Below the pieces are notes generated by a model. The model ran no database searches. It was not told where the DNA came from and saw only the letters and a program-made list of their open reading frames with translations. From an uncultured Candidatus Rokubacteria bacterium (GTDB lineage Bacteria > Methylomirabilota > Methylomirabilia > Rokubacteriales > CSP1-6), in assembly GCA_963758635.1 (NCBI GenBank), contig CAVWWD010000008.1:480001-544000 (forward strand): a stretch of 64,000 bases of DNA, in the 5' to 3' direction. The position numbers were made by a program, and so were the translations under genes. How positions within the stretch are numbered: the first letter of the stretch is position 1; every line of letters begins with the position of its first letter. This document shows, one piece after another, positions 62,014 through 64,000 of this stretch.

Positions 62014-63301
62014 TCAGTCGTCGGCCGGCGTGACGAACGCGCCGTAGCCCTTGGCGTTGAGCTCGCGGAGCTTGGCGTTCGCCTCGTCCTGGCTGGCGTA
62101 CGGGCCCACGCGCACGCGGTTCCAGACGCCGCGTGAGCCCTGGATCGGGCTGATGGCCACGGGCATCGAGAGCCGGCGCAGCCCTTCGGCCATCTGCATG
62201 GCGGCGGCCGAGCGTCCTGAACGCTCCCACCTGCACCCAGTAGCCGGGTCGCGAAGGAGCGATCTTCCTCTGGAGTGGCGCCGACGCCACGCGAGGGTGA
62301 GCCGCCGGCTGGTCGGCGGGCTTCGCCGCTGTCGACGGCCTGGGGGCGGCGGGCGCGGGCGTCTTCGCCGTCGAAGCCGGGGCCTTGGTCGGGGCGGGCG
62401 CGTCGCCATCCGGAGCGGCGTGGTCGCGGGAACGGACTTGCTCGGGGAGCCTCCGATGTCTTCGCGGTACCGTGCTGTTGGCGGCGGTGACCTTCACGGC
62501 TGGCCCCTCGATCATCCGCGCCGGCGCCATGCTCACGGTCGAGGCCGCGATCGCCGGAGCGGGCGGAGGCGGCGAGACGGGCGGAGGCGGCGGGACGGCG
62601 GGCGCCGCCGCGACGCGCACGCCGCGCGGGACCGTCTCGTCCTCGGGAGGCGGCCCGGCGAGCGGGGCGAGGGCGGCGGCCACCACCTCGGGCGGCGGCT
62701 TGGGCGCGTCCCGCCGCATGCGGGAGACCAGCTCGGCGTACGGCACGGCGGTGAGCACGCGGGAGAACTGGGCGCGGTAGTTCGCCACGAGGCTCACGCG
62801 GTCGATGATCACGTCGCGCACGGCCCAGCGGTCGCTGCGACGCACCATGCGGTAGTCGACGTTGATGTTCTCGCCGCTGCGCGTGAGGACCCGCGTGCTC
62901 ACGGTGGCGAGGTCCCCTTCGACCGATTCCGCCACGTATTCGACGCTGACGCCCCCGGCCACGCGCGCCTTCGAGCCGATCATGGCCAGGTAGCCGCGCT
63001 CGAGGAGGTCGGTGAAGAGTCGCACGAACTCTTCCTGCTCGGTCGGGGTTCGCGTGGGCCAGGCGGGTCCGAGGGCCATGCGCCGCCGCCTCGCGGAAGT
63101 CGAACATGCTGCGGGCCAGGGCGTGGATGGCGCGCTGGGGCTCGTCGATGCCCGTGGTCGGGTCGGCGGAGCGGAGGATGGCGTTGGCGCGCTCGAAGAA
63201 GCTCCCGAGGATGGCGGTGGGGGAGGCCGGCCATGCAGGCGAGGGGAGAGCGAGAGCAAGGACCACGACCGCACGAGTGCCACGGGACTACTACGGCCCA
63301 T
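62014..63301 (-). CDS. MlaC/Ttg2D-domain protein fused through a Pro/Ala linker to a SPOR domain (frameshifts)
   Basis: MFDFRE...EQEEFVRLF...VDYRM..WAVRDVIIDRVSLVANYRAQF; YWVQVGAF...RVRVGPYASQDEA. Confidence 0.75.
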
Positions 63302-63471
63302 CCCGCTCAACGATAGACCCGAGCCGTGTGTTTTTGCAGGAGTTTCTTGCGGCGGCCCACACCCCGCTATCCATGGGGGTGCGTGGGGTTCCGGCCCACC
63401 ATATCTTCGGGATTGTTAATACTCAACAGATGACGTGTATACTCTGGCCCTCGGCACGAACAGCTTCGACC

Positions 63472-64000
63472 ATGGCCAGCGCGATCGAGTCCTTGCCCCC
63501 GCCAGGGTGGGACCGACCGGAGCTCGACCCTCTGCTGAGGCTTCTGCCCCCGGGGCAGCTCAGCGAGATCGTCGGCTCCCGGTCCTCCGGCGCCACCAGC
63601 CTGCTCCTGGCCCTCCTGGCGCGCGCCACGCGCGAGGGCGGCCTCGTCGCGCTCGTGGACGCCGCCGACGCGTTCGATCCCGCCGGGGCGGCGACTGCCG
63701 GAGTCGATCTGTCCGCCGTCCTCTGGGTGCGCTGCGGCGGGCGCCTCGACGCGGCGTTCCGCGCCGTGGACCTCCTCGCCCGCTGTCCGGGCTTCGCCAT
63801 GGTGGCGCTGGACGTGGGGATCCGCGGGCACCGCGCCGACGCCACCCCGGCCCGCTGGCTCCGGCTCTCGCGCGCGGTGGAAGGCACCCGCACCGTCCTC
63901 GTGGCCCGCACGCCCGAACGTCTGAGCGGCAGCGTGGCCGCGCTGGTGCTGGCGGCCCGGCGCGCGCGGGCGCGCTGGATCGGCGCGCCGCGGCCTACGC
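63472..64000 (+). CDS. imuA: ImuA/RecA-like protein (3' partial; not in the ORF track)
   Basis: Manual translation LPPGQLSEIVGSRSSGATSL...LVDAADAFDP...GVDLSAVLWVRC; the degenerate Walker A lacks Lys. Confidence 0.75.
   Translation, partial: MASAIESLPPPGWDRPELDPLLRLLPPGQLSEIVGSRSSGATSLLLALLARATREGGLVALVDAADAFDPAGAATAGVDLSAVLWVRCGGRLDAAFRAVDLLARCPGFAMVALDVGIRGHRADATPARWLRLSRAVEGTRTVLVARTPERLSGSVAALVLAARRARARWIGAPRPT

Noticed and set aside
63472..64000. recA
   Set aside because: The Walker A lysine is missing (SSGATS) and the sequence is too divergent; it fits ImuA

Overview
High-GC bacterial chromosomal window. The lineage is probably Candidatus Rokubacteria/Methylomirabilota, inferred from gene-family style and not verified. 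Many otherwise intact genes are split by single-base indels, which looks like unpolished long-read error, so simple frameshifts are not called pseudogenes. Main contents: (i) metabolic genes (alkyl sulfatase, DAO-family oxidoreductase, ROK kinase, rhomboid, pyruvoyl arginine decarboxylase, biotin carboxylase/BCCP, gltIJKL, acyl-CoA ligases, rhamnulose aldolase/SDR, TPP enzyme). (ii) A Phd/RelE toxin-antitoxin pair with a paired TGTACA operator. (iii) A ~15.4 kb island integrated in tRNA-Arg(TCG), with a 48-bp att duplication (11662-11709 / 27034-27081), 12-bp arm-type repeats and a tyrosine integrase. It carries an HTH-nuclease, a GIY-YIG relic, a multi-GAF histidine kinase, a cyclase-ATPase-TPR gene, ABC binding proteins and a serine hydrolase. 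(iv) A tightly coupled four-gene candidate biosynthetic operon (HemN-like radical SAM, Rieske oxygenase, glycosyltransferase, stand-alone A-T-TE NRPS-like enzyme with non-canonical A and TE motifs), the best candidate for an undescribed system. (v) Several small repeat families, including a 78-bp TIR-bounded MITE-like element whose ends bracket a 1.25-kb mosaic of gene fragments, a 45-bp tandem array, and REP doublets.
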